Counted from the first letter of the stretch, positions 21,222 through 31,310 are shown. The stretch: 58,568 nt of DNA from an uncultured Bacteroidota bacterium (GCA_937862805.1 CALMDO010000200.1:1-58568); one strand, 5' to 3'. Program-made: numbers and translations. The notes: generated from the letters alone by a model not told the origin.

Positions 21222-24200
21222 ATGAAGAATTTCCAAAAACTGAACAACCTCTTTGGCTGGATCACTTTTGCCATTGCATCGGTCGTTTACCTGCTCACCA
21301 TCGAGCCTACCGCCAGTTGGTGGGATTGCGGGGAGTACATCGCCACTGCATTCAAACTGCAGGTCGGCCACCCGCCGGGAGCCCCTCTGTTCCAGATGAT
21401 CGGAAGGTTCTTTTCACTGTTTGCCTTTGGCGACGTTTCGCACGTAGCCATGATGGTCAACATCATGTCGGCCCTGTGCAGCAGCTTCACCATCCTCTTC
21501 CTGTTCTGGACCATCGTGCTTTTTGCACGGAAATTCTTCACCAGCCCCGAAACCATGACCCCTGCAGAACATTATACCACCTTTGCAGCAGCTTTCATCG
21601 GATCCCTGGCCTATACCTTCAGCGATACCTTCTGGTTCTCAGCCGTGGAAGGCGAAGTTTATGCCATGTCCTCCTTCTTCACTGCCATCTCCTTCTGGGC
21701 GATCCTCAAATGGGAAAATGTGGCAGAAGAAAAACATTCCTATCGCTGGCTGGTGCTCATCGCCTTCCTCATCGGACTGGCTGTCGGTGTTCACCTGCTG
21801 AACCTGCTGGTCATCCCGGCAACATGCATGGTTTACTATTATAAAAAATACAAACCCACGAAGACCGGAATGCTGGTCACCTTTATCCTCTCCATCCTGA
21901 TCCTCGCCTTCGTGATGTTCATCATCATCCCCTGGGTGGTACAGCTTTCGGGTTCAATGGATATCCTCTTTGTCAACTCTTTCGGATTGCCCTTCAACAC
22001 CGGTACCATTGTCTATTTCGCCCTGCTGATCGGTTTGATCATCTGGGGACTTTTCTATACCCGGAAAAAAGGGAAGACCGTACTGAACACGATTATCCTT
22101 GCTTTCACTTTCATTCTTATCGGCTATTCATCCTTTATCATGCTGGTCATCCGGGCCAATGCCGATACCCCGATCAACGAAAACGCTCCCAAGGACGCTG
22201 TCAGCCTGCTCTCGTACCTGAACCGCGAGCAATATGGTGATTTCCCGATCTTTCACGGACAATATTACAACGCTCCGATCATCGATTACAGCGACGGAAA
22301 ACCCTATTATCAAAAAGATACAAAATCAGGAAAATACGTAGTGATCGATGAACGCAAGGGAACAATCCCCGTTTACGATCCGCGTTTTACCACGTTGTTC
22401 CCACGCATGTGGAGCAACCAAAGAAAAGGGGCCCCCGAATTTTATCAACGCTGGGGGGGACCAGGTGTGCCGGTGGAGGTGACCGGCAACGACGGGAATC
22501 CTACCACCCTGAACAGGCATACTTTTGGTGAAAATCTCAAGTATTTCTTCACCTACCAGATCAACCACATGTATATCCGCTATTTCATGTGGAACTTCTC
22601 CGGACGACAAAATGATGTTCAAGGCTTTGGAAGTTCGGAAGAGGGCAACTGGATCACCGGTATCCCGTTTTTAGACAAGATGCGCCTGGGTCATGACCAG
22701 ACGAACCTGCCTGACAGCAAAGAAAACCGGGGCACAAATAAGTATTACCTTCTCCCCTTAATATTGGGTTTGATCGGTTTTTTCTTCCAATTGAAACACG
22801 ACTCAAAAGGGACGATGATCATCGGACTGCTTTTCATCATGACGGGTCTTGCCATCCTGGTCTATCTCAACCAGCAACCTTACGAACCCCGGGAAAGGGA
22901 CTACGCCTATGCAGCCTCCTTTTACGCCTTTACCATCTGGATCGGACTGGGTGTGATCCAATTGATCCGGTGGGCGCAAAAGAAACTCAAAGGATACCTT
23001 CCTGTCGCACTGGTCTTCATCGTGACCCTGCTCCTGGTGCCCGGGATCATGGCCAGAGAAAACTGGGATGACCACGACCGCTCAGGGAAATATGCCTGCC
23101 GTGATTTTGCAGCTGATTACCTGAACTCCTGCGATCCGCAGGGCATTTTATTCACCAACGGCGACAACGACACCTTCCCCCTCTGGTACGATCAGGAAGT
23201 GGAAGGCATCGGTACCAATGTCAGGGTGGTCAACCTGATGCTCTCATCAGGACCCTGGTACATCAACCAGCTTTACCGAAAAACTTACGATTCCGACCCC
23301 ATCCCCTTCACCCTGTCGAAGGAGCAATACAGGCAAGGCGCCAATGAGATCATTGTTTACTATGACATGGGGATCAAAGGATATGTCGAACTAAAGGATT
23401 TGATCGAATTCATAAAAAGCGACAATCCCCAGACCTATCTTACTTTTCAGAACGGCGAAAAGATGAAATTCTTTCCGTCGAAAAAGGTCAAGATCACCGT
23501 CGATTCAGCAGCTTGCGTGAAGTATGGCATTGTACCCAAACACTTGCGTGGGAAAATGGTCGATAGCATCTGCTGGACCATCAAGGCTAACCAGCTTTAC
23601 AAAAATGACCTGATGCTGCTTGACCTCCTGGCTTCGAACGATTGGAAACGGCCGCTCTATTTTGCCGCTCCTTCCAGTGTAAACCATGTCGCAGCCATTG
23701 ATTCTTTCTGCATGGTCCAGGGATGGGTCTATAAGTTCATGCCGGTCAAAGCCGATTCGGCCGATTACATCCAGGGAATGGGAGGAGTCGATGCCATCAC
23801 TTCGTACGATATTCTTCAGAACCAATGCAAGTGGGGCAATCTGAGCGATCCTCATGTCTATGTCGATCCCGAAAGCCTGAATAACACCATCCGTCCCAGG
23901 ACCAACATCATGCGGGTGGCCAAGACGTTGATAGCCGAAGGGAAAAAGGAGCAGGCCATTGCCGTGATGGATACCTATGTTAAAAATTTCCCCGATTCGA
24001 AAGTGCCCTTCGATATGTACATGCTCCCTTATGCTGAATTCTATTATGAGGCCGGAGCTACTGACAAGGCCAACCGGCTGATGGAGCGATTAGCTGAAAT
24101 CTCAAGTCAGAACCTCGATTATTATTACAGTTTCACAGGTGCTTACAGGCAGTATTTCGAGCAGGATATCCAGACTGCCCTGGGTATTCTCCGGAGAATG

Positions 24201-24287
24201 TCAATGGTGGCTTCCGATTACCATCAGACACAATTAGCTGCAAAGATGGATACCCTCTTCAACATGAAACTCAAATCGTTCCAATAG
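21222..24287 (+). CDS. DUF2723 (TMEM260-like, GT-C-type) polytopic membrane protein with a large soluble C-terminal domain
   Basis: 1021 aa. The N-terminus is NNLFGWITFAIASVVYLLTIEPTASWWDCGEYIATAFKLQVGHPPGAPLFQMIGRFF, followed by many TM segments. The C-terminal ~350 aa are soluble, with TPR-like helices. Confidence 0.8.
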   Translation: MKNFQKLNNLFGWITFAIASVVYLLTIEPTASWWDCGEYIATAFKLQVGHPPGAPLFQMIGRFFSLFAFGDVSHVAMMVNIMSALCSSFTILFLFWTIVLFARKFFTSPETMTPAEHYTTFAAAFIGSLAYTFSDTFWFSAVEGEVYAMSSFFTAISFWAILKWENVAEEKHSYRWLVLIAFLIGLAVGVHLLNLLVIPATCMVYYYKKYKPTKTGMLVTFILSILILAFVMFIIIPWVVQLSGSMDILFVNSFGLPFNTGTIVYFALLIGLIIWGLFYTRKKGKTVLNTIILAFTFILIGYSSFIMLVIRANADTPINENAPKDAVSLLSYLNREQYGDFPIFHGQYYNAPIIDYSDGKPYYQKDTKSGKYVVIDERKGTIPVYDPRFTTLFPRMWSNQRKGAPEFYQRWGGPGVPVEVTGNDGNPTTLNRHTFGENLKYFFTYQINHMYIRYFMWNFSGRQNDVQGFGSSEEGNWITGIPFLDKMRLGHDQTNLPDSKENRGTNKYYLLPLILGLIGFFFQLKHDSKGTMIIGLLFIMTGLAILVYLNQQPYEPRERDYAYAASFYAFTIWIGLGVIQLIRWAQKKLKGYLPVALVFIVTLLLVPGIMARENWDDHDRSGKYACRDFAADYLNSCDPQGILFTNGDNDTFPLWYDQEVEGIGTNVRVVNLMLSSGPWYINQLYRKTYDSDPIPFTLSKEQYRQGANEIIVYYDMGIKGYVELKDLIEFIKSDNPQTYLTFQNGEKMKFFPSKKVKITVDSAACVKYGIVPKHLRGKMVDSICWTIKANQLYKNDLMLLDLLASNDWKRPLYFAAPSSVNHVAAIDSFCMVQGWVYKFMPVKADSADYIQGMGGVDAITSYDILQNQCKWGNLSDPHVYVDPESLNNTIRPRTNIMRVAKTLIAEGKKEQAIAVMDTYVKNFPDSKVPFDMYMLPYAEFYYEAGATDKANRLMERLAEISSQNLDYYYSFTGAYRQYFEQDIQTALGILRRMSMVASDYHQTQLAAKMDTLFNMKLKSFQ

Positions 24288-24294
24288 GATTCGT

Positions 24295-25101
24295 ATGTTT
24301 CAACTGCAATTTATAACCTGGAATGCCGATCCTGAAATTTTCAGGATCGGTAGTTTCGCCGTCAGGTGGTACGGGTTGTTGTTTGCCAGTTCTTTTTTCT
24401 TCGGATATATCATCATGCTTCGTTTTTTCAAAAAAGAGGGTGTCCCGGTGAAATTGCTGGATGAACTGACGACTTACATGATCATTGGAACCATTGTTGG
24501 GGCGCGTTTGGGCCATGTTTTCTTTTACGAACCGGAGTGGTACCTTGCCCATCCAGTGAAAATCCTGGCTGTATGGGAAGGCGGTTTAGCCAGTCATGGT
24601 GCAGCCGTTGGGATCATTCTTGCCTTACTGCTCTTTTCCTGGTACCGGAAGAAACCTTTCCTGTGGGTCATCGACCGGATCGTCATTGTGGTGGCGCTTT
24701 CCGGTTTCTTTATCCGCATGGGAAATCTGATGAATTCTGAGATATACGGAAATCCCACCTCCCTGCCATGGGGGTTCCTGTTCTTACGATCTTCTGTGCC
24801 TTCGGAAGGATTGGTTCCCCGGCATCCCACGCAGATTTACGAAGGATTCTCCTACCTGTTCATCTTTTTCCTTTTGTTGTGGTATTACTACCGGAAAGAC
24901 GGAAAACCGATTCACGGCTTCTTGTTCGGATTGTTCCTCGTGTTGGTGTTTGGCGTCAGGATCGTGATCGAGTTCATCAAGGAACCGCAGGTGGGTTTCG
25001 AGCGGAATATGCTTTTCAACATGGGACAACTGCTCTCCTTACCTTTCGTCGTGGCCGGGCTGTTTTTCATCGGCCGGGCTGTGGGGAAAAAGAGCGGCTG
25101 A
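24295..25101 (+). CDS. lgt: Prolipoprotein diacylglyceryl transferase
   Basis: 268 aa polytopic protein with motifs VRWYGLLFASSF, WEGGLASHGAAVG and RHPTQIYE. Confidence 0.93.
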   Translation: MFQLQFITWNADPEIFRIGSFAVRWYGLLFASSFFFGYIIMLRFFKKEGVPVKLLDELTTYMIIGTIVGARLGHVFFYEPEWYLAHPVKILAVWEGGLASHGAAVGIILALLLFSWYRKKPFLWVIDRIVIVVALSGFFIRMGNLMNSEIYGNPTSLPWGFLFLRSSVPSEGLVPRHPTQIYEGFSYLFIFFLLLWYYYRKDGKPIHGFLFGLFLVLVFGVRIVIEFIKEPQVGFERNMLFNMGQLLSLPFVVAGLFFIGRAVGKKSG

Positions 25102-26244
25102 CAATTCACGTATTCTGTCTTTCAAGGTTGAATAGTCATTAGGGATCATCATTCCCGGAAAATTCTTTGCCATTTCCAGGGCATAAACCAAGTCGAAATG
25201 GTCCTGTTTCATGGAGAAGTAGATTTTTTTATTCATGAGGTAGCGGGCCAGGTACTCCTGTTCCGTTTGCCCGGGAGTGGGGATAAGAACAGCCCTTTTC
25301 CCCAGGGTGACCAGGTCCATGATACTTGAATACCCGGATCGACAAATGACCAGGTCGGTATTATGAAAAAGGCGCGCCAATTCCTGGGTTCCCAGGTGGG
25401 AAAAACAGTGAATTCGTTCATTGACAGCAAAAGATTCCGAGATTTCGGTCTTTCCCTGTACAACTACTGCTTTCAATTCGAGTTTTTGCAAGTCGGTCAG
25501 GAGTTTTTTCTCCAGGATGGTCCTTTGGGGTTCAGGACCGGATAAAAGTGCCACCAGATCGATGAGCGTGCCGGTAGGTTCAAAAGAACGGTCGGTGAAG
25601 TAAGAAAACCGTGAAAGGATCCCGATGTAATGAATGTTGCGGGGCCTTATTGCCGGGTGCGACAGGACCCCGGCCATTCCATTGTGCAATTCAAAATCGG
25701 GGATCCAACATTCTCGGTATCTCCGGATAAACCAATAGTTGATCGAACGCATGATTCCACGCATCCATCTCAGCAGGGCTGGTGGTTCCACGTCCAATTG
25801 ATGGGTTATGAAGACGGAAGGGATATCGGGATGCCAGCATCCATAGCGGTTATCGGAAATGATCAGATCGGGATGCAACCATCCGGCAATTTCCGCCAGT
25901 TTCTTGTGTTCCCTCAGGATACCGAACAGGAATTCAGGGAGCTGGCCGATCATTTTCAGGGCAACCTGCCCGTTTTTGGGATAATGGATTTTAACGCCGG
26001 AGAACACGATGAAATCGATCCCGGAGCACTCTTTTTTTAGAAATTCAAGAGGTCGGGTGTCGGCTGCTGCCGTTACCTGAAAACCGGCTTCCTGTAATGA
26101 ACGGATAATCGGTACACAGCGGGTAGCATGTCCAATTCCCCAATCCAAAGGGCAAACCAAAGCATGGGGTCTTTCCCCGGAGTGTTCCGTTCTGTTGGTT
26201 TCAGCCATGGGAGGATTCATGAACCATTGGGTCAAAGTTAACAT
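25039..26244 (-). CDS. GT-B fold glycosyltransferase (MurG/GT28-GT1-like)
   Basis: 401 aa with N-terminal CPLDWGIGHATRC and C-terminal ICRSGYSSIMD...PTPGQTEQEY. The start may be an internal Met at 26220 or 26208. The 3' end overlaps lgt by 63 nt in convergent orientation. Confidence 0.8.
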   Translation of the reverse strand: MLTLTQWFMNPPMAETNRTEHSGERPHALVCPLDWGIGHATRCVPIIRSLQEAGFQVTAAADTRPLEFLKKECSGIDFIVFSGVKIHYPKNGQVALKMIGQLPEFLFGILREHKKLAEIAGWLHPDLIISDNRYGCWHPDIPSVFITHQLDVEPPALLRWMRGIMRSINYWFIRRYRECWIPDFELHNGMAGVLSHPAIRPRNIHYIGILSRFSYFTDRSFEPTGTLIDLVALLSGPEPQRTILEKKLLTDLQKLELKAVVVQGKTEISESFAVNERIHCFSHLGTQELARLFHNTDLVICRSGYSSIMDLVTLGKRAVLIPTPGQTEQEYLARYLMNKKIYFSMKQDHFDLVYALEMAKNFPGMMIPNDYSTLKDRIRELSAALFPHSPADEKQPGHDER

Positions 26245-26353
26245 CTAATCGTTCTGATTTCTGAAAAAAGTTATTCACAGGATATTACCTTTTACCAACC
26301 GACCGCATTAAGGGAGTAATGGAAAAACGTATTTTTAAACGAAACAGGCCGAT

Positions 26354-27457
26354 ATGGCTGAAGATAGTTTGTTGTACCAACTGGCGTTGACCCTGATCCC
26401 GGGAGTGGGTCCGGTATTGGGAAAAAAACTCGTCAACCTGATGGGGAGCGCTGAAGCCGTATTCAGGGAGAAAAAACATATTATGGTAAAGATGGGTCGT
26501 GCAGGGGAGATCATCGCCATGGCATCAGGCAATCACGAAATCATGCTACGGGCTGAAAAAGAGCGCCATTTCATTGAAAGATATGGCATTACTCCCCTTT
26601 TCTTCACAGATGCAGCCTATCCCTGGCGTCTTAGTCATTGCTATGACAGCCCGCTTTTGCTTTTTTACAAGGGAAGTGCCGGGTTGAACGGGGAGCGGAT
26701 TGTTGGTGTAGTGGGAACCCGCAGCGCTACGGCTTATGGCAGGAAGGTAACTTTGGATCTCGTTACCGGGCTGGTTCCGCAGGGTGTCTTGGTGGTCAGC
26801 GGTCTGGCTCATGGTATTGACGGTTATGCACACCGAGGAGCTTTGGATTTGGGACTTGATACCGTCGGAATATTGGGGCACGGGCTCGACAGGGTCTATC
26901 CTTACCAGCACAAGCCTTTGGCTGAAAAAATGGTGTTTCAGGGAGGACTTTTAACAGAATTCTTCAGCGGAACGAAACCTGACCGTGAAAATTTTCCCAT
27001 GCGGAACCGCATCATCGCCGGATTGTGTGATGCCATCGTGGTGGTAGAAGCCGCAGCCAAAGGAGGCGCACTGATCACGGCAGAGATAGCCAATTCATAC
27101 AACCGGGATGTATTCGCGGTGCCGGGCAGGATTTCGGATCCGTTTTCTGAAGGGACCAATCAACTGGTCCGTGCGAACAAGGCCGCGCTGATTCAAAATG
27201 CGGAGGACCTGGCATTCCTTATGGGTTGGAAGGAACATTCCGGATCACAACAGGTTGTACAGAAACAATTGTTCCGTGAGATGACTCCTGATGAAGAGAA
27301 GATTTTCAATCTTATACAGGAAAGAGGCCAGGTGGGCATTGACGAGATAAGCATTGGTTCAGAACTGAGCCAGGGGCAGGTATCCACCGCTTTATTGAAC
27401 CTGGAATTCGACGGAGTTGTAAAGTCGTTACCCGGGAAAGTGTACGTGTTAGGGTGA
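26354..27457 (+). CDS. dprA: DNA-processing protein DprA (Smf)
   Basis: 367 aa with VVGTRSATAYG, SGLAHGIDGYAHRGAL and VVVEAAAKGGALITA motifs, plus a C-terminal winged-helix-like tail. Confidence 0.92.
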   Translation: MAEDSLLYQLALTLIPGVGPVLGKKLVNLMGSAEAVFREKKHIMVKMGRAGEIIAMASGNHEIMLRAEKERHFIERYGITPLFFTDAAYPWRLSHCYDSPLLLFYKGSAGLNGERIVGVVGTRSATAYGRKVTLDLVTGLVPQGVLVVSGLAHGIDGYAHRGALDLGLDTVGILGHGLDRVYPYQHKPLAEKMVFQGGLLTEFFSGTKPDRENFPMRNRIIAGLCDAIVVVEAAAKGGALITAEIANSYNRDVFAVPGRISDPFSEGTNQLVRANKAALIQNAEDLAFLMGWKEHSGSQQVVQKQLFREMTPDEEKIFNLIQERGQVGIDEISIGSELSQGQVSTALLNLEFDGVVKSLPGKVYVLG

Positions 27458-28129
27458 GGAGACCGGTTTTGTATAGGCCGCCTTCAAACCCAGGATAAAG
27501 ACGATGACCATCGCCCCGAACGAGAAGAGACTGAGCAATTTATAATCTCCCGTGAGGAGACACAGGTTGAAAAACCCGTGAAAAAAAGCTGCCCCGATCA
27601 ATCCTGCCATGTGAAATGAAAAACGGGCTTTCATAAATTTTGCCATCCCAAGGAAAAAACCCTGAATTACCCCGAACATCATGTTCGCCGGAACAAAGAT
27701 CATGACATACAGGGTGGTTGGGAATACAGACCGGGTACCAAACAGATCGAGGGAATAAAACAACAGGTACAATGTCGAAAAGCCAAGGGAAGTTATTACG
27801 GCATAAAGGATGCTCAACATGGGGCGGTCAATGGTTTTATCGGGGAGGACAAAATAGCGGAAAAAGAAAAATTTCCCCAGTTCAGAGGCGCCACCGATGG
27901 TGATAAAGGCGTAGAAAAGAGTCCTTTTGAGTGAACGGATATTGTTGAGCCCCAGCCAAGTAGAAACGAGTTCGGCGAAAAGTAAAACCATAATCCCGGC
28001 GGCTCCCATAAGAAAACTGACAACAAACAACCTGAGAAACGGTTTTGCATAGTATTGACGACAATACCAGTAGATACCCAATGCCACAAGGGGAGCAAAA
28101 CAAAGGGCAATGTAAGCAAGTGGTCTCAT
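27449..28129 (-). CDS. PrsW-family intramembrane protease-like membrane protein
   Basis: 226 aa with about 7 TM segments. It has an E-x-x-K-like motif (GGASELGKFFFF) and an H-x-x-x-N motif (FFHGFFNLCL). A -7 box (TACATTTG on the minus strand) lies at 28155..28162. Confidence 0.6.
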   Translation of the reverse strand: MRPLAYIALCFAPLVALGIYWYCRQYYAKPFLRLFVVSFLMGAAGIMVLLFAELVSTWLGLNNIRSLKRTLFYAFITIGGASELGKFFFFRYFVLPDKTIDRPMLSILYAVITSLGFSTLYLLFYSLDLFGTRSVFPTTLYVMIFVPANMMFGVIQGFFLGMAKFMKARFSFHMAGLIGAAFFHGFFNLCLLTGDYKLLSLFSFGAMVIVFILGLKAAYTKPVSSP

Positions 28130-28214
28130 AAAGGCTATAAGGAGTATGATCAGTCAAATGTAGGTATTTTTTATATATTTACAAAATATTCTCTATCATA
28201 ATCTTTCGCTTTTA

Positions 28215-29129
28215 ATGAAGCTCCATGGAATTGTCACAAAAACTACTGGCAGCAGCACCCTGGTCAGGTTAATAGATGGTACTTATCTTGATTGCAAACT
28301 GAAAGGGAATTTCAGGATCAGGGATATTCGCCATACGAATCCGCTTGCTATCGGAGACCGCGTGGAGATTCTGTACAACCCGGCCGACCGACAAGGTGTG
28401 ATTACAACCATCAGCCCCCGCGATAACTACATCATCCGGAAAGCAACCAAATTGTCGAAAGCTTCTCATGTCATCGCCGCTAACCTCGATCATGCTTTCC
28501 TGGTCGTCACCCTGGCACATCCCAGGACCTCCAATGGTTTTATCGATCGTTTTCTGGTAACGGCCACGGGTTATTACATACCGGCAAGCCTGATCTTCAA
28601 TAAATGCGATCTGCACACTCCTGCTGATAAACAGGACATGGAGACATTGTCGGCCATTTACCGCGCAGCGGGTTATCCCTGCTACGAAGTGTCGGCCCTT
28701 ACAGGATATGGGATTGAAACACTGCAACCCCTGCTCTCCGGGAAACTGAGCCTTTTCAGCGGTCATTCGGGTGCGGGAAAGTCGGCCCTGATCCACGCCA
28801 TCGATCCGGCCCTCAATCCCCGGACGGGTTCTATCTCAGAGGTCCATAAAAAGGGAATGCACACCACCACTTTCGCTGAAATGTACACCCTGACTTCAGG
28901 AGGTTATATTGTTGACACTCCGGGAATCAAGGAGTTCGGATTGATCGATTTCGACCCTTCAGAGATCCCCCGGTGTTTTCCGGAAATGGAAAGACTCCTT
29001 CCATACTGTCAGTATAAAAATTGTTCTCATACCCACGAACCGGACTGCGCAGTAAAAGAAGGGTTGGAGAAGGGAACCGTGAGCCGGCTTCGCTATAATT
29101 CCTATCTTAGCATCCTCAATGACCGCTAA
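28215..29129 (+). CDS. rsgA: Ribosome small-subunit-dependent GTPase A
   Basis: 304 aa with the NKCDL motif, a GHSGAGKSALI P-loop and the zinc motif CQYKNCSHTHEPDCAV. Confidence 0.93.
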   Translation: MKLHGIVTKTTGSSTLVRLIDGTYLDCKLKGNFRIRDIRHTNPLAIGDRVEILYNPADRQGVITTISPRDNYIIRKATKLSKASHVIAANLDHAFLVVTLAHPRTSNGFIDRFLVTATGYYIPASLIFNKCDLHTPADKQDMETLSAIYRAAGYPCYEVSALTGYGIETLQPLLSGKLSLFSGHSGAGKSALIHAIDPALNPRTGSISEVHKKGMHTTTFAEMYTLTSGGYIVDTPGIKEFGLIDFDPSEIPRCFPEMERLLPYCQYKNCSHTHEPDCAVKEGLEKGTVSRLRYNSYLSILNDR

Positions 29130-29784
29130 ACAACTGATCACCGAACTTTATCTCCCCATACAGTCGTCCGACAGCGTAGCCTTGGCCCTGTCACGTATGG
29201 AAGAGTACCGGCTTTCGCACCTTCCGGTGGTGGATGGTGTAGAATACGTGGGACTCATTACCGATTCTGATTTATCAGCAGTGAACGACCAAGAGGTTTC
29301 CATCGACCGTTGCGGTTTCACCATGATACGGCCCTATGTGTCTGAAAATCATCCTGTTTATGATGTAGTCCGACAATTTCATGACTTGAAGCTCACTGCC
29401 TTACCCGTGCTCAATTCAACCAACCATTACCTGGGCCTGATCGTCCTGCAAGGCCTTACCGACTGTTTTGCAGCACTTACTGCCGTGGGAAATCCCGGCG
29501 GGGTGATCGTGCTCGAGTTGAATGATAAAGATTACGACCTGACTGAAATTGCCCAGATCGTTGAATCCAACGACAATAAGATCCTGAGTCTCTACATCAC
29601 CTCCTTTCCCGATTCCACGCGCATCGAGTTGACCCTCAAACTGAATCGGATCGATATAGGACCTGTCCTGCAAACTTTTTTCCGGTTCAATTATCTTGTA
29701 AAAGCCTCCTGGTCGAGTGAAGACAGTTATAACGAGGGGCTGCAGGAACGCTATGACGGTTTGATGAACTACCTCAACATCTGA
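29119..29784 (+). CDS. CBS-pair domain protein with an ACT-like C-terminal domain
   Basis: 221 aa with two CBS-like segments (LSHLPVVDGVEYVGLITDSDL, LTALPVLNSTNHYLGLIVLQGL). It overlaps the rsgA stop by 11 nt. Confidence 0.8.
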   Translation: MTAKQLITELYLPIQSSDSVALALSRMEEYRLSHLPVVDGVEYVGLITDSDLSAVNDQEVSIDRCGFTMIRPYVSENHPVYDVVRQFHDLKLTALPVLNSTNHYLGLIVLQGLTDCFAALTAVGNPGGVIVLELNDKDYDLTEIAQIVESNDNKILSLYITSFPDSTRIELTLKLNRIDIGPVLQTFFRFNYLVKASWSSEDSYNEGLQERYDGLMNYLNI

Positions 29785-29786
29785 GC

Positions 29787-31244
29787 ATGTTCGCCGCGAG
29801 ATTATTCAGATCCATTTTCTTTTTATCCGTTTTATGGGGCTTCTTCTCTCAGAACACCACAGCGGCCGGTTATGAACCCTCGTGCTCCGGTTTATCTTCA
29901 GGGGATACCACACAGATGGTGGTGAGGAACATCGAAATATCAGGAAATAAACTGACAAGGAATTCCATCATCCTGCGTGAGATCACATTCGGGGAAGGAG
30001 AGACGATACCCCGTGAAGAATTAGCCCGACGTATCCATAACAGCCGTGAAAATATTTTTAATACCCGTCTGTTCAACATTGTTAAAATGGATATGGTCCC
30101 GGTCACAGGGAGCGATTCGGTGGATATCGGCGTTTCCGTGATTGAAAGGTGGTACATCTGGCCGATCCCCTTCGTGCAACTTTCTGACCGGAATTTCAAT
30201 GCCTGGTGGGAGAGCCGGGATTTCAGCCGGATTACATACGGGGTGGACCTTTCCTTCCGGAATGTCCGGGGCCGTAACGAGACACTTCAGATACTGACCC
30301 ATTTCGGTTACAACCAAAAATACGGATTCACATACACCATCCCTTATATCGACCGGAAAGAGAAACTGGGGCTGGGATTTGGCGCCGAAATCGATCTGAA
30401 CCACGAGATAGCAGTGAAAACGGAGGATAACAAGCCGGTTTATATGAAAGACAACAGCCGGTTCCTGAAAAAACTTGCTACCGGCTACATTCAACTGATC
30501 GCCCGCCCTGATATTTATTCGACTCATTCCGTGAAGATTTCATATAACTACTACGATTTTGCAGAAGCGTTGCAGACGGTTCCCTGCTTTTTTGTCGGTG
30601 AATCCACCCTTCTGCAGTTCTTTACCTTCAATTATTTCTTTAAAAATGATCATCGTGATGTGCAGTTCTATCCACTCACAGGCTATTATATTGATGCAGA
30701 AATCAATTACAGCATCCCTTTCGCAGTAGCATGCAATGCTTTCCTGAAGGCCAATTTTAGGAAATACTGGCAGCTTGGGAACCGATGGTACTGCGCAAGC
30801 GGTTTTACCGGTAAGATAAGTCTGGAAGAGGAACAACCCTATCCTTTCCGTCAAGGACTGGGGTACGGAAGGGAATTTGTCCGGGGTTATGAGTATTATG
30901 TGGTTGACGGACAGCATTTTGCTTTGCTTAAAAACACGCTGAAATGGGCCATTCTGCCACAACGTGTCGTCAAATTACCTTTTTTGAAGTCGGAAAAGTT
31001 CAACACGGTTCCCCTCGCTTTGTACCTTAATGCTTTTATCGACCTGGGGTATGTTTACAATTATGAAGGTGACAACGACTATCTCGTTGAACAAAGCGGA
31101 AACACGCTTCAGAACAGTTTGCTCACCGGGTATGGCGCGGGTATTGATTTTACCACCTATTACGACATCGTAGTCAGGGTGGAATTTTCTCTTAATACAA
31201 TGGGGGACAAAAGTTTTTACCTCCATTTCATGGCGCCTATTTGA
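29787..31244 (+). CDS. Omp85 (BamA/TamA)-family outer membrane protein with a single POTRA-like domain
   Basis: 485 aa with a signal peptide. The POTRA-like segment is VRNIEISGNKLTRNSIILREITFGEGETIPREELARRIHNSRENIFNTRLFN. The remainder shows alternating-hydrophobic beta-barrel character. Confidence 0.7.
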   Translation: MFAARLFRSIFFLSVLWGFFSQNTTAAGYEPSCSGLSSGDTTQMVVRNIEISGNKLTRNSIILREITFGEGETIPREELARRIHNSRENIFNTRLFNIVKMDMVPVTGSDSVDIGVSVIERWYIWPIPFVQLSDRNFNAWWESRDFSRITYGVDLSFRNVRGRNETLQILTHFGYNQKYGFTYTIPYIDRKEKLGLGFGAEIDLNHEIAVKTEDNKPVYMKDNSRFLKKLATGYIQLIARPDIYSTHSVKISYNYYDFAEALQTVPCFFVGESTLLQFFTFNYFFKNDHRDVQFYPLTGYYIDAEINYSIPFAVACNAFLKANFRKYWQLGNRWYCASGFTGKISLEEEQPYPFRQGLGYGREFVRGYEYYVVDGQHFALLKNTLKWAILPQRVVKLPFLKSEKFNTVPLALYLNAFIDLGYVYNYEGDNDYLVEQSGNTLQNSLLTGYGAGIDFTTYYDIVVRVEFSLNTMGDKSFYLHFMAPI

Positions 31245-31273
31245 TAAGCCCCCGATGGATTGAAAATTTCGAG

Positions 31274-31281
31274 TATCTTTG
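31274..31281 (+). promoter_or_regulatory. -7 promoter box (TATCTTTG) upstream of nadK
   Basis: Lies 30 nt upstream of the ATG at 31311. Confidence 0.4.
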
Positions 31282-31310
31282 CATGCTTTTTCCAAAATGA
31301 TGGAACAGAA

